Source: Stramenopiles sp. TOSAG23-6
Lineage: Eukaryota
NCBI GenBank assembly: GCA_900128565.1
Contig: LT635920.1
Span: 1 to 54,940 of the forward strand
Reading direction: 5' to 3'
DNA: 54,940 bases
A program made the position numbers and the translations under genes. Below, piece after piece: positions 22,943 through 35,700 of this stretch (positions are counted from its first letter, which is position 1; every line of letters begins with the position of its first letter). A model generated the notes under the pieces. It saw nothing but the letters and a program-made list of their open reading frames with translations, searched no databases and was not told the DNA's origin.

Positions 22943-25900
22943 TTACATTTCAAAATCATATAAACTATCTGAATCATCTGATGCAGCTCCCACAGAAATT
23001 ATTTCTGGGGAAGTCAAATCACTGGAAGATCCGAACGTGTTTGACATTTTGATGTCTGAGGACACTTGGTCTCCATTGAAACTTTGACTCAATCTATTAG
23101 CGTGGCCAAGTGATTTCCTCAGACGATCTACCGAACCTTCTCTCCGCCTACTTGCTAGTGAGCATAAGTTGCCGTCTTCATCTTTATATTGAACTCGCTC
23201 ACAAAATTGCTTTGTCATTCGTTTTTCTATGTAATCTGGGCTTCGTTGTGGTGGTAATAACGGGAATATTATCCCTTGTATGTGTCCTGGTAGTTTTACA
23301 AAGTGTGCCTGAATAACAGAAGAGTCTACTTTTGTAAATGCTGTTTTAATTATAGATTGTGCTGTTATTTTTCTGAGTGTATTTTCACTTGAGACTTCAT
23401 CAAGCACAACATCTATGACGGAATCTAAAGTCATGACAGAGGTTGCATTGAGCCCATGAGCAAGAATTAATGATCGAAGTACTCGCAACTTGTGGATATT
23501 ATCATGTGTATGAAATATTGTTGCTTGATGTTTTATATCAGAAGAAAGCTTTTGTGTTTGATCATTCTTCATCGAACTTTTCAAATTAGCGAATAAATTA
23601 CGGGTAATTATATCCAATGCTGATGTATGCGACTTTGCAAGTTCGCAAATTGTGGAGTGTACCAGTGCGCGTACACTAGCTCGTGAATCACAAATTATAT
23701 CTAAAAGAGATTTTATCAACGAACTAATAGCTAATCTTTCTCCCCATGAATTCCACGGAATAGTAAAATACTCACATGGTGAAATGTCTTTAGAATCCTT
23801 TTTATAGTTTTGTGTCTTGGACTCGAACGGGGAACCTTCATTATTACTATTTTGATCGGCATTCTTTTGAAGTACATTGTCAGATCGAATTCCAAACAAC
23901 CTCAATAATTTCAATGTTGCTACAAGTACCCTCGAAGATGACATTTGTAATTGTTTCCTCATGATTTTACAATTCATCCTCCACACTTCTTTGACTGTTA
24001 TATCATAGATATTGTCAAATTGTGAAATGTCTATATCCTTCAAAGGTTGGATTGAAGAATGGGCGTCCTTGAACTGTTTTATTATATCAATGACGTAATA
24101 AATTGTTCGCGAGTGAACATCAGGTGTAGAAGTTTCATCACAAAGACATAGAAGTCTATGTTCATCTGTACCATAGCATTTCCCGAATAATGTTATATCT
24201 TTTGGTCCAAGTATTATTTTATGTGTATTCGAAGAGTTTTCAACATTACTCGTGTCAAATAATTCATTTATCGGAGTACCAGATGGTGAGTCGTCGTCAT
24301 GAAATACAACGTTAGAGTTAGGGTTTTCAAGTGATTGTGCGATTCTTTTCTGTGCGAGTAAATCCAAGTCATTAAGAAGTGATGTACGTAGATGTTTTAC
24401 ATAATCATGTATTTGTTTGCTATTGTTCTTTCCAACAACAAAGTAAGCAGTGGCATATAATTTCTTAGCACTTTCTCGTACCCCTTTCCACTTATTCTTC
24501 AAAACTTTTACGTTGAATACCATCACACTATTCATGATTAGTCCAGACCCAACAGGAATCTGTCCAAACCCATATGTACACAAAAGATGTGTCATTGTGG
24601 TGATTATCGCGACTAAAGCATCCTCAGAAGTATTTGAATGGGTAGAAATATCATCGGCTCGAAACTGAATGGCATTTGATATCAGGCCGCGACACTGACT
24701 TGATTTTTCAGCGTAATGTAGTAGCTGATGCATTATAATATTCATTTTACTTACAGAATGTAGCTTCACGCTACTTGCAGTAAGTTTCAATACCATTATA
24801 TCAATTATAGGGCATACTTTTGCATATGACCTCCTGTCTTTATGCATGACCTTCGGTATCCAATCAAGGATCAAAATTTGTGCTAAATCCAAACCTTTTG
24901 ACCAAACTTGAATAATGGGGTCATTCAAGGAATGCACAACAAGGTCTATTATTCTATCAAGTATTATACTAAGATCCTTCCGATCAGTAAATGTTATTGG
25001 TGATGTTGCACTTATTTCGCTCGGAGTGGGTTGTCGTCTCTGAAACTCAGCATTATGATTTGACATTGTGCTTCCAGTTCTAGATTTTGTATTTACTTTC
25101 ATAAGTGAGCCAGCTTCACAACTTCTAATTGTTGCTACAATACGCTGGATGCATACAATCATAGCAGCCACGCGAGACCTCCATTCAGAAGAGTATAAAC
25201 AACATGCAAATGATACACCAAACATTGAAATAAAAGGTTTTGCAATAATATCAAACTCTGGCCGAAGAGGTTTGGAATATGGTAAAATTGTAATTGAGCA
25301 TTTACTTCTATTGTTGGTTTGCATACTTGAATCGTTACTATCTGGCAATAATTTCGTATGTCTAGCAGAATCTCTCTTTTCTGAAGTCCTATCTACATGT
25401 GAGGAAATGTCGTCGTATTGCACTTCGTCGTCAGCTCTCCATACATTAGAAATTCCAGCGGATGCCGAACATTCTTTACCTGTCCAAACATCATCAATTG
25501 GCACAAAGTTACTGATATCTGATTGTACTGTAGAATATAAATTGTTCGTACCTATATTGTTTGACGCAAATATATTTTTTTGTTGAATTTTCTTTTTATC
25601 ACTATTTGAACCGGAGTGCAAAATATTTAATAGATTCATTGCCTCAATTCGCACTTTTTTTTCTCTGTGGCATTTGGCAGCAACGGCAAAATTATTCAAA
25701 GTGTTAAGTGAAATACCTATAACATATTCGCTTTTTCCATACCGTGTAATTATTTTGACAAATAAGCGAAGAATTGAAAGTATATCATACACTCTCCCCT
25801 TTGATATTGAAATATTACTCACCATACGTTCATTGTTTTTTTCATCATCTATACGTGGTTTAATCCCTATTTTCTTTTCTAGCTGAATAAGTCGATGATA

Positions 25901-28900
25901 AATTGCCTTCATCACCTGAGCCGGACCAACATATGAATCTGAACAGAGCATCATCAGTGCTGTTTCAGCAGTAGATGCTACTCTAATATTTGATGAACAT
26001 GAGCGAGACAAAATGGCTTGCAATAGTAAAGGTATTCTCACAGTCAGTATATTTTCCTCATCTGTTACATGTGTGACATTCAATGTCGGTATATACAATT
26101 CCATTATGGCAGATAATAATGCCAATCCTCCATTATATACCATTTTAATATTGTCTTCTATTGCCCGCTGAGCAAATATTAGAAGTTGTGATGCTAATGC
26201 CAAGTTTCCTGGTGGAAGAGGCTTCACGCCACACAGGTCACTGAAAACATCAATATCTGCTAATCCAGGACAATCTGTGCCTTCAGATTTTGCATCCATT
26301 TCAGCCGCCATCCTCCGGATTCGCGCATTAAGTAATTGCATCACTGCATGTCTAGGTTCCCATCCCTTTGCGAAAATGCAACGCACGGTGTCTTCGCCTA
26401 GTAAAGAAACAATATCACCAGATAGTTCTGGAGATGAGTTATCTGTATGGTCAAGTGGAGGAGCATAGGGTAATACAAAGTGACTTGTACGACCACTTGA
26501 TGTAGCTGTACGCATTGCAGTTCGCGGGCGACAGCTTGTACGCGGTCTTCGTGGCGCGATACGCCCGTATTTACTTTCGCTGTGTTTATCTTCAGTGTTT
26601 TTGTTCTTGTCTACTTTATCCACACGACTAATATCTTTTGCAGACATAGCCTCACGGATATGAACTGCATTTTCTTGCATTTGTCGCATACTTTCAAGTG
26701 CTGCTGTCTCTCCTTCAACTTGCGCGATAATTTCAGAAAGTCTTTCTTGCCCAATTGCAGATAAATGAGTTGCTATAGAAGATGCATTCCCCGTTGGCGA
26801 ATTCTTTCGTGAGGTGAGACTATCAGAGATTTTTGTATTATGAATATACTCAATAAACATGTCTTTGCATTGCTTTGGAAAAAAACGAATAATAGTCTCA
26901 AATAATTCATCTGCTAGTCTTCTTATTTTCCTGTGTGCTACATTGAGTCCTAAGTCGGCGACGGCAAGTATATGGGGCACAGAAAGGTGCGCACATACAA
27001 TCTTAGCATCTGTTTTATTATCAGTTGATATATTCTTATCTGACGATTTTTTTATTACGTTTTTAATGTTTGGCCATGGAGTTTTCCCTCTGACACCTTC
27101 CGCTAATAACTTTAAAAGCCTTAATCTATATTGAATCAACCGAAAACTTTCCTTTGGGATATTTATTTTTTGCTTTTCATCGATATTTTGTAGTTCTTTT
27201 GATGATTCATCTCTATTGTTACTTTGTGTATGTTCTTCAGCCACATTGCACCTTTCTATCCCTGCACTCTGATAACAAGCAACTGCTACTGCTTTTAAAG
27301 CAATACTCCCTGTTTGTGCCAACGCAAGAAGAGCTGATAATGTTGCTTCGCGAACACGCGACTTACCATCACTAAATCTATGAATCATATGAACTAAATA
27401 TGAACTATTCGCACTTAATGGACTATTTGTATGGCTTCGCACACTAGTAATTGGATTCTGTAAAATCTTAATCACGCGCGACAACTTTATACGAGGGATC
27501 TTATTACGTATTTTTTTCTCGAGTATACTACTGTTATGATGTTTTATATTATTGCAAGTATGAAGTGTTTCAGTTATATCATCGTGATGCAATATAATTT
27601 CGGGTGATGCTAAACCAGGTATCTCACCGGTGGATTTTAAAGGCGACCCACCCGTTACTAAACGTAGCAAGTATAAGCTTTCTATGTATGCTATTACAAC
27701 ATTGTCTAATAAACCAACTTGTAAAGCGAGTAGCACAGCTTTACCTGTCTCAGGATCGACAAATTTTAATGTTGAGTAAGTCGACATTATGTTCCGTATA
27801 GCATCCCTTCGTTGTATTCCATTACTGCTCCATAACGCACGTGCTACATTTTCTCCAAATGCAAAAGTAATACCTTTTGCAATTTTTTTAGTATTGGAAT
27901 CTAATGGGCTTGCATACGATACTTTGTCTATTGTAGTCATTGATTTTCTAATCTTTCTATGTTTTTTATTTTTTATCTGTTTTGTGTATTTTTTTACTTT
28001 GGAATTGCTATATTTGTATGTTTTACTCGTTACACTATTATCTATGTCGTTAGATTGATTATTTTTATGCATTGAATTTGAAACTGAGAATTGACTAAAA
28101 GATGATTCCTCTTTTGCCATTCTTTCATTAGCTGNTTTTTGTAACATTTCATCCAGTTTTTTAGAGCATTTGAGACGAAGTCTCTCTTGAATAAGAAACT
28201 TCAGATTTGAAAATGTTGTGTTGAATGCATCCTCTAATACATTGGATATCACTGTTTCTGATTCATTTGATGATACCATCCTAGCACGGTCTAATGCATG
28301 CACAACTGTAACTAAACTCAAAACATCTTCAGCTGACTCCCGAACTAATAAACGAGGATGAACTATATGTGTAAGACATAATTTAGAAGTACTTGCATGC
28401 ATTGATGTTAGTGCACGGTTACCATGAATTTCCAATACAGTTTTAAGAAGTTTTATATGAACTAATGTACTACGCCATCCTTTAGAAATTTCATGTTTTT
28501 TACTTGCTCTATTAAAAGCACCTCGGAACACATGTCGGCATATTAATCGAGCACCTATCATACTTTCGACATTTTGATTTTTTATGATGGATTGAGCAAT
28601 TTCATTAGCAATTGTACTGGTGCGTGTATGTGCCTCACTACATCTATTCACTAGACTTGAAATGATTTTGTCCATTTTTGCATGAGCTTCTTTTGATTGA
28701 AGAATTGTTTTGGAGGCACCGGATATTATTTTTTCAATTTGTGGAGCTATTGCATAGAACAATTGAGGCACACGATCAGTTATCGCAACTACAATAAATC
28801 TACAACAAGCACAAAAGAATTCAATTTCACTAATGTTACTATCATATTGCGTTTTATCCCATTGATTTAGCTTTCTACTCGCTGCCTCTACAGCATCTAG

Positions 28901-29389
28901 ACGAACTTTCCAACTTGTAGCTTCCATTTTAGCCATGACCTCACGACCAAATATTTTGCAAAGCTGAAGATCTGCATCATTATCAACAATCATCTTTGAT
29001 GAACCACGAAGTGTAGCCACGTGAATATGTCTTTTATCATCGTTGTGCTGTAATCTCAAGTGTTCTCGTTTCAAGGAAGCTACAGCTGTAAGTGGTCGTG
29101 AAACTATTTTTTTCTCCGTGGTGCTCACTACAGCCAGAGGAACGATAAGTGCTTCAGCACCCCGTAAAGTTCCATTATTCCCCAATCCATGTCTACGTGT
29201 TTTAGAACTACCCCTCAATTTCACTTCTATTTGGGGAACATCATCCTCAACCCAGCCATCATCGAAACGAAGACAAAGTGTTTCGTCCTCATTGACAGAA
29301 ACTACAACCGCATCAAAAGCTACGTCGTCTAATAGACGCTCTACCTTGTCTCCAGCCTTCAGTAGACTTCCTTTCCCTAGAATATCCAT
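22943..29389 (-). CDS. Large multi-TOG/HEAT-repeat protein (CEP104/CLASP-like) with a Tudor-like N-terminus
   Basis: Repeated TOG-start motifs (SWKVRLDA, ALWSSNGIQRRDA, IFAKGWEPRHA, LYSSEWRSRVAA). First ATG at 29389. Confidence 0.75.
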   Translation of the reverse strand: MDILGKGSLLKAGDKVERLLDDVAFDAVVVSVNEDETLCLRFDDGWVEDDVPQIEVKLRGSSKTRRHGLGNNGTLRGAEALIVPLAVVSTTEKKIVSRPLTAVASLKREHLRLQHNDDKRHIHVATLRGSSKMIVDNDADLQLCKIFGREVMAKMEATSWKVRLDAVEAASRKLNQWDKTQYDSNISEIEFFCACCRFIVVAITDRVPQLFYAIAPQIEKIISGASKTILQSKEAHAKMDKIISSLVNRCSEAHTRTSTIANEIAQSIIKNQNVESMIGARLICRHVFRGAFNRASKKHEISKGWRSTLVHIKLLKTVLEIHGNRALTSMHASTSKLCLTHIVHPRLLVRESAEDVLSLVTVVHALDRARMVSSNESETVISNVLEDAFNTTFSNLKFLIQERLRLKCSKKLDEMLQKXANERMAKEESSFSQFSVSNSMHKNNQSNDIDNSVTSKTYKYSNSKVKKYTKQIKNKKHRKIRKSMTTIDKVSYASPLDSNTKKIAKGITFAFGENVARALWSSNGIQRRDAIRNIMSTYSTLKFVDPETGKAVLLALQVGLLDNVVIAYIESLYLLRLVTGGSPLKSTGEIPGLASPEIILHHDDITETLHTCNNIKHHNSSILEKKIRNKIPRIKLSRVIKILQNPITSVRSHTNSPLSANSSYLVHMIHRFSDGKSRVREATLSALLALAQTGSIALKAVAVACYQSAGIERCNVAEEHTQSNNRDESSKELQNIDEKQKINIPKESFRLIQYRLRLLKLLAEGVRGKTPWPNIKNVIKKSSDKNISTDNKTDAKIVCAHLSVPHILAVADLGLNVAHRKIRRLADELFETIIRFFPKQCKDMFIEYIHNTKISDSLTSRKNSPTGNASSIATHLSAIGQERLSEIIAQVEGETAALESMRQMQENAVHIREAMSAKDISRVDKVDKNKNTEDKHSESKYGRIAPRRPRTSCRPRTAMRTATSSGRTSHFVLPYAPPLDHTDNSSPELSGDIVSLLGEDTVRCIFAKGWEPRHAVMQLLNARIRRMAAEMDAKSEGTDCPGLADIDVFSDLCGVKPLPPGNLALASQLLIFAQRAIEDNIKMVYNGGLALLSAIMELYIPTLNVTHVTDEENILTVRIPLLLQAILSRSCSSNIRVASTAETALMMLCSDSYVGPAQVMKAIYHRLIQLEKKIGIKPRIDDEKNNERMVSNISISKGRVYDILSILRLFVKIITRYGKSEYVIGISLNTLNNFAVAAKCHREKKVRIEAMNLLNILHSGSNSDKKKIQQKNIFASNNIGTNNLYSTVQSDISNFVPIDDVWTGKECSASAGISNVWRADDEVQYDDISSHVDRTSEKRDSARHTKLLPDSNDSSMQTNNRSKCSITILPYSKPLRPEFDIIAKPFISMFGVSFACCLYSSEWRSRVAAMIVCIQRIVATIRSCEAGSLMKVNTKSRTGSTMSNHNAEFQRRQPTPSEISATSPITFTDRKDLSIILDRIIDLVVHSLNDPIIQVWSKGLDLAQILILDWIPKVMHKDRRSYAKVCPIIDIMVLKLTASSVKLHSVSKMNIIMHQLLHYAEKSSQCRGLISNAIQFRADDISTHSNTSEDALVAIITTMTHLLCTYGFGQIPVGSGLIMNSVMVFNVKVLKNKWKGVRESAKKLYATAYFVVGKNNSKQIHDYVKHLRTSLLNDLDLLAQKRIAQSLENPNSNVVFHDDDSPSGTPINELFDTSNVENSSNTHKIILGPKDITLFGKCYGTDEHRLLCLCDETSTPDVHSRTIYYVIDIIKQFKDAHSSIQPLKDIDISQFDNIYDITVKEVWRMNCKIMRKQLQMSSSRVLVATLKLLRLFGIRSDNVLQKNADQNSNNEGSPFESKTQNYKKDSKDISPCEYFTIPWNSWGERLAISSLIKSLLDIICDSRASVRALVHSTICELAKSHTSALDIITRNLFANLKSSMKNDQTQKLSSDIKHQATIFHTHDNIHKLRVLRSLILAHGLNATSVMTLDSVIDVVLDEVSSENTLRKITAQSIIKTAFTKVDSSVIQAHFVKLPGHIQGIIFPLLPPQRSPDYIEKRMTKQFCERVQYKDEDGNLCSLASRRREGSVDRLRKSLGHANRLSQSFNGDQVSSDIKMSNTFGSSSDLTSPEIISVGAASDDSDSLYDFEM

Positions 29390-29738
29390 ATACTTATAGA
29401 TAACAGGGATAGAGACGACGGGTGCCTGGAACCCTCTCAAGGGAATACCCAGTCGTATAAAGAATATAGATAACCACAAAATTAATGAAGCTCTGAAGGT
29501 GGTTTATTCAATGATCCGACTACAGTTTCACTTTTTGGAACTTTTGGATTGTAACTGCTGCAGTCGAGATGGTCAAAACTACCTACTACAACTATTGTTT
29601 GTCGGACATCATCATTATTGATAAATATGGCTACATGATGTGTTAATGGGACAACAGCCATTCAAGGTCATGGAAAGATTGAAATAGTGTATTTGGTTTG
29701 AATAAATATATTTCAGTGATATCAGAAAACAAGACAAT

Positions 29739-32700
29739 ATGAACAGAAAGGCACTGCACCCTTCTAATGATCCACACTGGAAAGCTCTAATAGCAAAAAG
29801 TCGTAAAGCCCACGAAAAGGAAAAACAGACTAGTAAACAAAAACAGAAACTTTATCCAGAGAAGCGCCCATCAACTTATAACTCTAGAGTCTATGCTCAA
29901 AATCAGCGGAAGTTGTATAGTCGAAGGAAGCATAAGCGCCCACATACATACTATCAAGGTCAGCGAGAAAAAACTGATAAATGTAGAACTCCTACAGTGA
30001 CAAAAACGACAGCGCAGAAGGAGACTAAAAGGCCATATAAGAAACACATAAACCCTTATAAAGAGTATAATGCCTTAGAATCTAAAGATAAATCAAGACT
30101 CCATAGATATCATCATGAAATAAAATTTAGCAGTTCAATACAACCAAATGTCAACGTTGTAATGAATCACGAGTGTAGTTTAGATAGAGGAAGTTCTCTA
30201 TTCACAGCTCACTCTAGTTGTAATAGAAAAGATACTTATTCAATACGAGAATATTTAAACACAAGCACAACACGTTTACATAATCCTGAATCAAAAGTAT
30301 TAGATCATTCTAGCCCAAAAAGTCAAAAACAAATTAACAAAGATACTACGGGGCAAATATTGAATGATGCTACTGCAGGTATTTTACCAGTGAAATATAT
30401 TGAGTATCTAATGAGTCCACATAAACGCGGTTTGGTGGGCAGAGAAAGCGTAAAGCAATCATTTGAGAAATGTTTTGTACAAACAGGAACAGTTCCAATG
30501 CCACCTCATCAAACACTTCCTATTGAGAAACAAATGACGAATATGATTAAATGGAAACAATTGCATGATAAGAATGCTTTGTCAGAAATTGTTCAGAATG
30601 ATCGAGAAGATATTGCAAAGTCAATAGGATTATCGATGGATGATTTGAATAGATTAGATGTAGAGGATAGTGATGATACAGACGTTAATATTGATATATA
30701 CCGAAGAGCTTTTGAGAAGTTTGACACAGATGGAAATGGGACAATTGATTCAGATGAGTTATCAGTACTCCTTGAAAAATTAGGCGAAACTTTAGATAAT
30801 AAAGAAGTTGATAAGTTGATAAATGATGCTGACGCAGACGGAAATGGAAAAATAGACTTTGAGGAATTTGTTACTGCGATGAATGCAAGAAAACGAATAT
30901 TGAAATTTGCAGCAAAAATATCGCAACAGAATCAAAATGAATCAAATTTTAAGAAGCAAATGCCAATGAAGGTAAATTCAAGAAAAAGAAAACAAACACA
31001 ATTACCTCATCTAAATTCTGGTAATCGTGCTACTAGTTGTCATATAATAAATAGAAGGAAATCATCACCTCAAGCACGGAGTAATCGTGCTAAAAGTAGT
31101 CGTATAGCAAATAGAAGGAAATGGTCACCACGAGATCGGAGTAATCGTGCTAAAAGTAATCATATATCACACAGAAATCGTACTTCACCACGCGCTCGGA
31201 GTGTTCGTGCTAAAAGTAATCATATATTCAACAGAAATCAAAACTCGCCTCAAGCTTGGAGCAACCGCCCTAAAAGTAGCCGTGTATCACATAGAAATAC
31301 TCTTATTGATACATCTTCAATCGATGCATTACAGAGTTCTACGGATTTGTCTTCCATTCGCGAGTTGTGTCTGAATGATGAAACTTCGCAAAAATCTACA
31401 GCTCGAAGTAATGTTAGTGGTGATAGTTGGCATTACACCACAGTTCAACGACCCACGCCACGTCAACTTNCGGAAATAATGTTTTCCAAAACTGCTAATA
31501 GTAAATTGGGCACTTCTCGTACAAAAACAAATATTTGTCGACAACTCATATTCAGTAAAGAAGAGACTGATACAGAAGTTCAAATGTTGGAAGATGCAAT
31601 TGAATCGCATCTTGCATGGACAAGAAGGAATATTCCTGTAGAATCAATACGTGCTCAATTATACTGTTTCAAAAATGGAAGTGATAAACTTGATGCCCTT
31701 TTTGCTCGAATGAGCGATACAAGAATAAATCGAGCATTTCAATTATGGAAGGGTTTTGTTGATCACGAAAAATGTCAAGAAAAGGCGCAACAATATTTAC
31801 GATGGAAAGGGTCCAGGAAACTTATTGCAATGCTGAACAAATCCGTGTTAAATACAATATCTCCAGCATGGAATACATGGTCAAGTAAATATAAAGAATG
31901 CGTGCACAATGAGAGAGAAGTGGCTTGTTTATTAATACAAAGAATTTCTCGTGGGTATTTTGCAAAATTATTTACAGAAAATTTAAGGTCGATGGTACTC
32001 ACTACTAAATGTGCGATTCGTATTCAAAATTGCTGGAGACAGCGCATTAGCCGAGCAGTGCTTAAGCATATGTATATGAACAGAATGGCAGTTCGAGTAC
32101 AGATATGTTGGCGACAAAAGTTAGCTCGCCAAGTGATATATTTAATGAGACTAACTCAAGCTGTCATACGAGTGCAGTCGTTCTGGCGTAATAAAATGGC
32201 GCGAGCTGTTTGTGCAGCATTGTGGCTTATAAAGGAACAAAATCGAGCTGTGACGATTATACAGAATAAATGGAGATGTTATAAATCTACTTTGTTTGCT
32301 GGCATTTTACGTCGTAATCATGCTCATCTAGAGGCTATGGTACTACGAGTGCAATGTGCTTGGAGGTGTAAACAGGGTCGTTTTGCGTATTATTTAAAGA
32401 AACGTGCCAATACCATACAAAAAGAAGAAGAAGAACATGCTGCAATTGTGCTTCAGAATAAAATGCGATGTAGGCAATCCTACGCTAAAGCTACTTTTTA
32501 CAGAAAGAAGAGAGATGAAAATAACGCAGTGACAACAATAAGTAGAATATGGCGTGGGGTTTATACACGACGCATTTATAAAAAAATGTGTGAGGTACGC
32601 GATATGCGATACAAATTTCAAACTCGTAGAGTTCAAAGATACATTAGAAAAACATATCTCCCAAGAATGAGGACTTGGTGGGCTGATCATGAAGCACGCT

Positions 32701-35700
32701 CAAAAGTTTTTGTGGCGCTTTGGAGTCAAAGATATTTTCGTGCACGAAGGGAGCGTCATTTGTTTTATTTGAAACTTCGAGCTGTGCGTGAGCTTCGTGA
32801 GGAAATAAGTCAACGACAAAATACTCGCAAATTACGTACAGCTGCATCAATACGTCTTCAAGCACAATGTAGAAGATTTCTTGTAGTTTTGAATGCAATG
32901 CATGAATGTGAGCGACATAAAGCTGCAGTGTATATTCAGTTTCGTTACCGAGGATTTAGTAGTCGTTTATCGTACATAGCAATGGCCAAGAAGAAGAATG
33001 CATCACTGAAGTTGCAGAAACAATTTAGAGGACGAAAGGTCCGAATTCAAATAGCCAAACAAAATGCAGCTGTCACTTGTATACAGTCGAAATTCCGTGG
33101 CCGTGTTGGTCGGAATGTTTTTNTCAATAAGAAAATGGAATTTGATAGATTAATATGGTCAATAAAACTTCTGCAAAGTTATTGTAGAATGTATCGTGCC
33201 AAAAAGCAAGCGCAAGTCGTTCGGGTGGCTCGCCAGAGATATTATGCAGAAGAGTGTGCTCGAGAGGAAGCAGCTGCAGAATATGAACGGGAATTGAGGT
33301 TTGTGATAAAAATTCAGGGACTGTGGAGAACTAAAAAGGCGAAGCGCAAGGTGGGCAATTTACGTGCAAAGATGTTAAAAGAATTAGCAGCAATAGATGA
33401 TGAGGAGGAACGCGAAAGAGTTCGTTTATATCGCATTACTGAAATTGCGGCTATAAAATTACAGATGCAATACAGACGTCATTCAGCAGTTCGAGCTCTT
33501 GCTCGCGCAAAACAGGAACGTATTCAAAAACTAAAGAGAGATCGCAAAGATGCAATTAGGCGTCGAAAGGACAACTGTGCGATAAAAATACAATGTCAAT
33601 TCAGAGTAAAAATTGCGTGTAGAAAAATGAATAAAGCTAAACAAATAAAGCAGGATATACTTGATGAAGAAGAGCGACAACGTATGGATAAAATTCTTAA
33701 GATTGAAGGAGTTCGGGACATGCAAATATTTGTCAAGTTCAATACAGCGGAGTCTCGGGTAAAAGAACTGGAAACTTTGTTGAAGAAACTTGAAGAACCT
33801 TATCAAGATTCATCACAAATTCCAAAGGTTCACATTGAGCTTGAAGAGGCTAAAGCAAATTTATCCAGACTCGCTTTGAAAAAGAATAACGTAGAAAAAC
33901 ACCAAGCTGCCGCATTACGTATTCAGAATAGACTTCGTATATGTTTAGGAAAAATGCGATTAGAAGCAGAACGTAATGGACAAATGTCAGAGTTATTCAA
34001 AATGAGAATGGCGGGTGCTTCGGTAGAGGAATTGCGCAATGTATCACTAGCACACTTAAAAGTTATGTCAGCGGTTCGTCTACAGGCAATCATGCGGGGC
34101 CATTGGGCAAAAAAAGAAATGTCAGAAAGGGTCCGAAGGCAACGAAATTGGATCAAAAAGAACACAACAGAAATTAATAAAACAGATATGATTACTCGTT
34201 TGCAGTGCTTTGTTAGACAAAGACAAGCAAAGCGAAGTTTACAAATCCACAAGGATAGATTGTTTTTCGCTCAACGCCGGGAACGCAAAAAACAAGAATT
34301 GGAGCTTTTGATCAATAAATCCTGGCGTTTGGAATGGGATGATAAATATCAGTGCGAAGTGTATGTGAATCATCATACAAAAGAGATATCGTATAAAAAA
34401 CCAGAGTACTGGGCTCTGTCCGAGCTTTGGGCAGCGAGTGAGTATGCTCTAGAGTTTGAGATACCTCCAGAAGCTGATGCTATAGTCGATGAGTCAAAAC
34501 TGTGCGCGGAATGCGGAGACAACCCTGTGAGAGAATGTCATCAATGTATTAAGGAAAACAAAGATAAAACTACACACCCTTTACGTTTTTGTGAAAAATG
34601 TTGGGGGGAGAAGCACAAAATGGGTCGTTCAAAAAGTCACACGTATCGCAATCTAACACAAAACCTTTGTGTTGAATGTGAAGAGCCTGGGAAACGGTCT
34701 TGTCAGCAGTGTGGTGATATGTTTTGTGAGGAGTGTTACACTCTCAAGCATTCTCGCGGAGATGAAAGATCACATACATGGAAACCAGTAACTGCGTCTA
34801 CAAAATCGTCAAAACCTGGCGATGTAGAAAGACGACCATGTATACAGTGCAACGAATTTCCAGAATGCGACCGGGAAGCTGGGCGATATTGTATTCAATG
34901 TGCCGATGATTTCTGTGTTCTTTGTTACCAATCGGTCCATTCCAAAGGAAAGAAGAAAAGTCACACATGGCAGAGGGTTCGTAGTTTAGCAGACGAGAGA
35001 GCACATCAAAAATATATCTTAGAAAAACGTAAACGAGAGTTCGCAAAACGAAAGCAACGGAAAGGTAAAACAAAGGGTAAATATAAAATAGTTTGGAAAC
35101 CCATTTTTGATGAAGAATCAGAAACGTATTATTATTATCATTCTCTTAGTGGGGAATCATTGTGGGAAGATGAGTTTTACGATTTTCGGCATAAATTAGG
35201 CAGTTTCAAGAATGGTTTGTTAGATAAAGATGGTGACATTATTGTTTGGGAACCTGGTACAGCAATTTTGCGGAAGCCAGACGAAAAAGTAATAAATGAA
35301 GCTTCTACTAATGAGGATAAATCAGATGACTCGACCGTGAAACAAATAGTTACTCCTTTTGATTTTGCAACTTTTGCAAAAACAAAGCAAAATTGGAAGC
35401 GAGATATTTATCAAGCTGAAAAAAACACTCAAGGCGAAGAAGAAAAGAAATCTGCGATAGAAAAAATGATTGCGGAAAATATTAGAGTTGCCAAAGAAGC
35501 AAAGGAAGCACAAGAAAAAATCCTAGAATTAAAGAACAAAAAATTAGTAAATAGAATAGGTCGACAATTCTTTGGTGGCATTGGAAAACGCGGCGTTCAG
35601 GCGTCTAGTAATGTAACAGAAGATTCCAAAGACTATGAAGTTGAAGACCACAAAGATAATACAGCAGAAGATTCAGAAAAAAAAATAGAAACAAGTAATA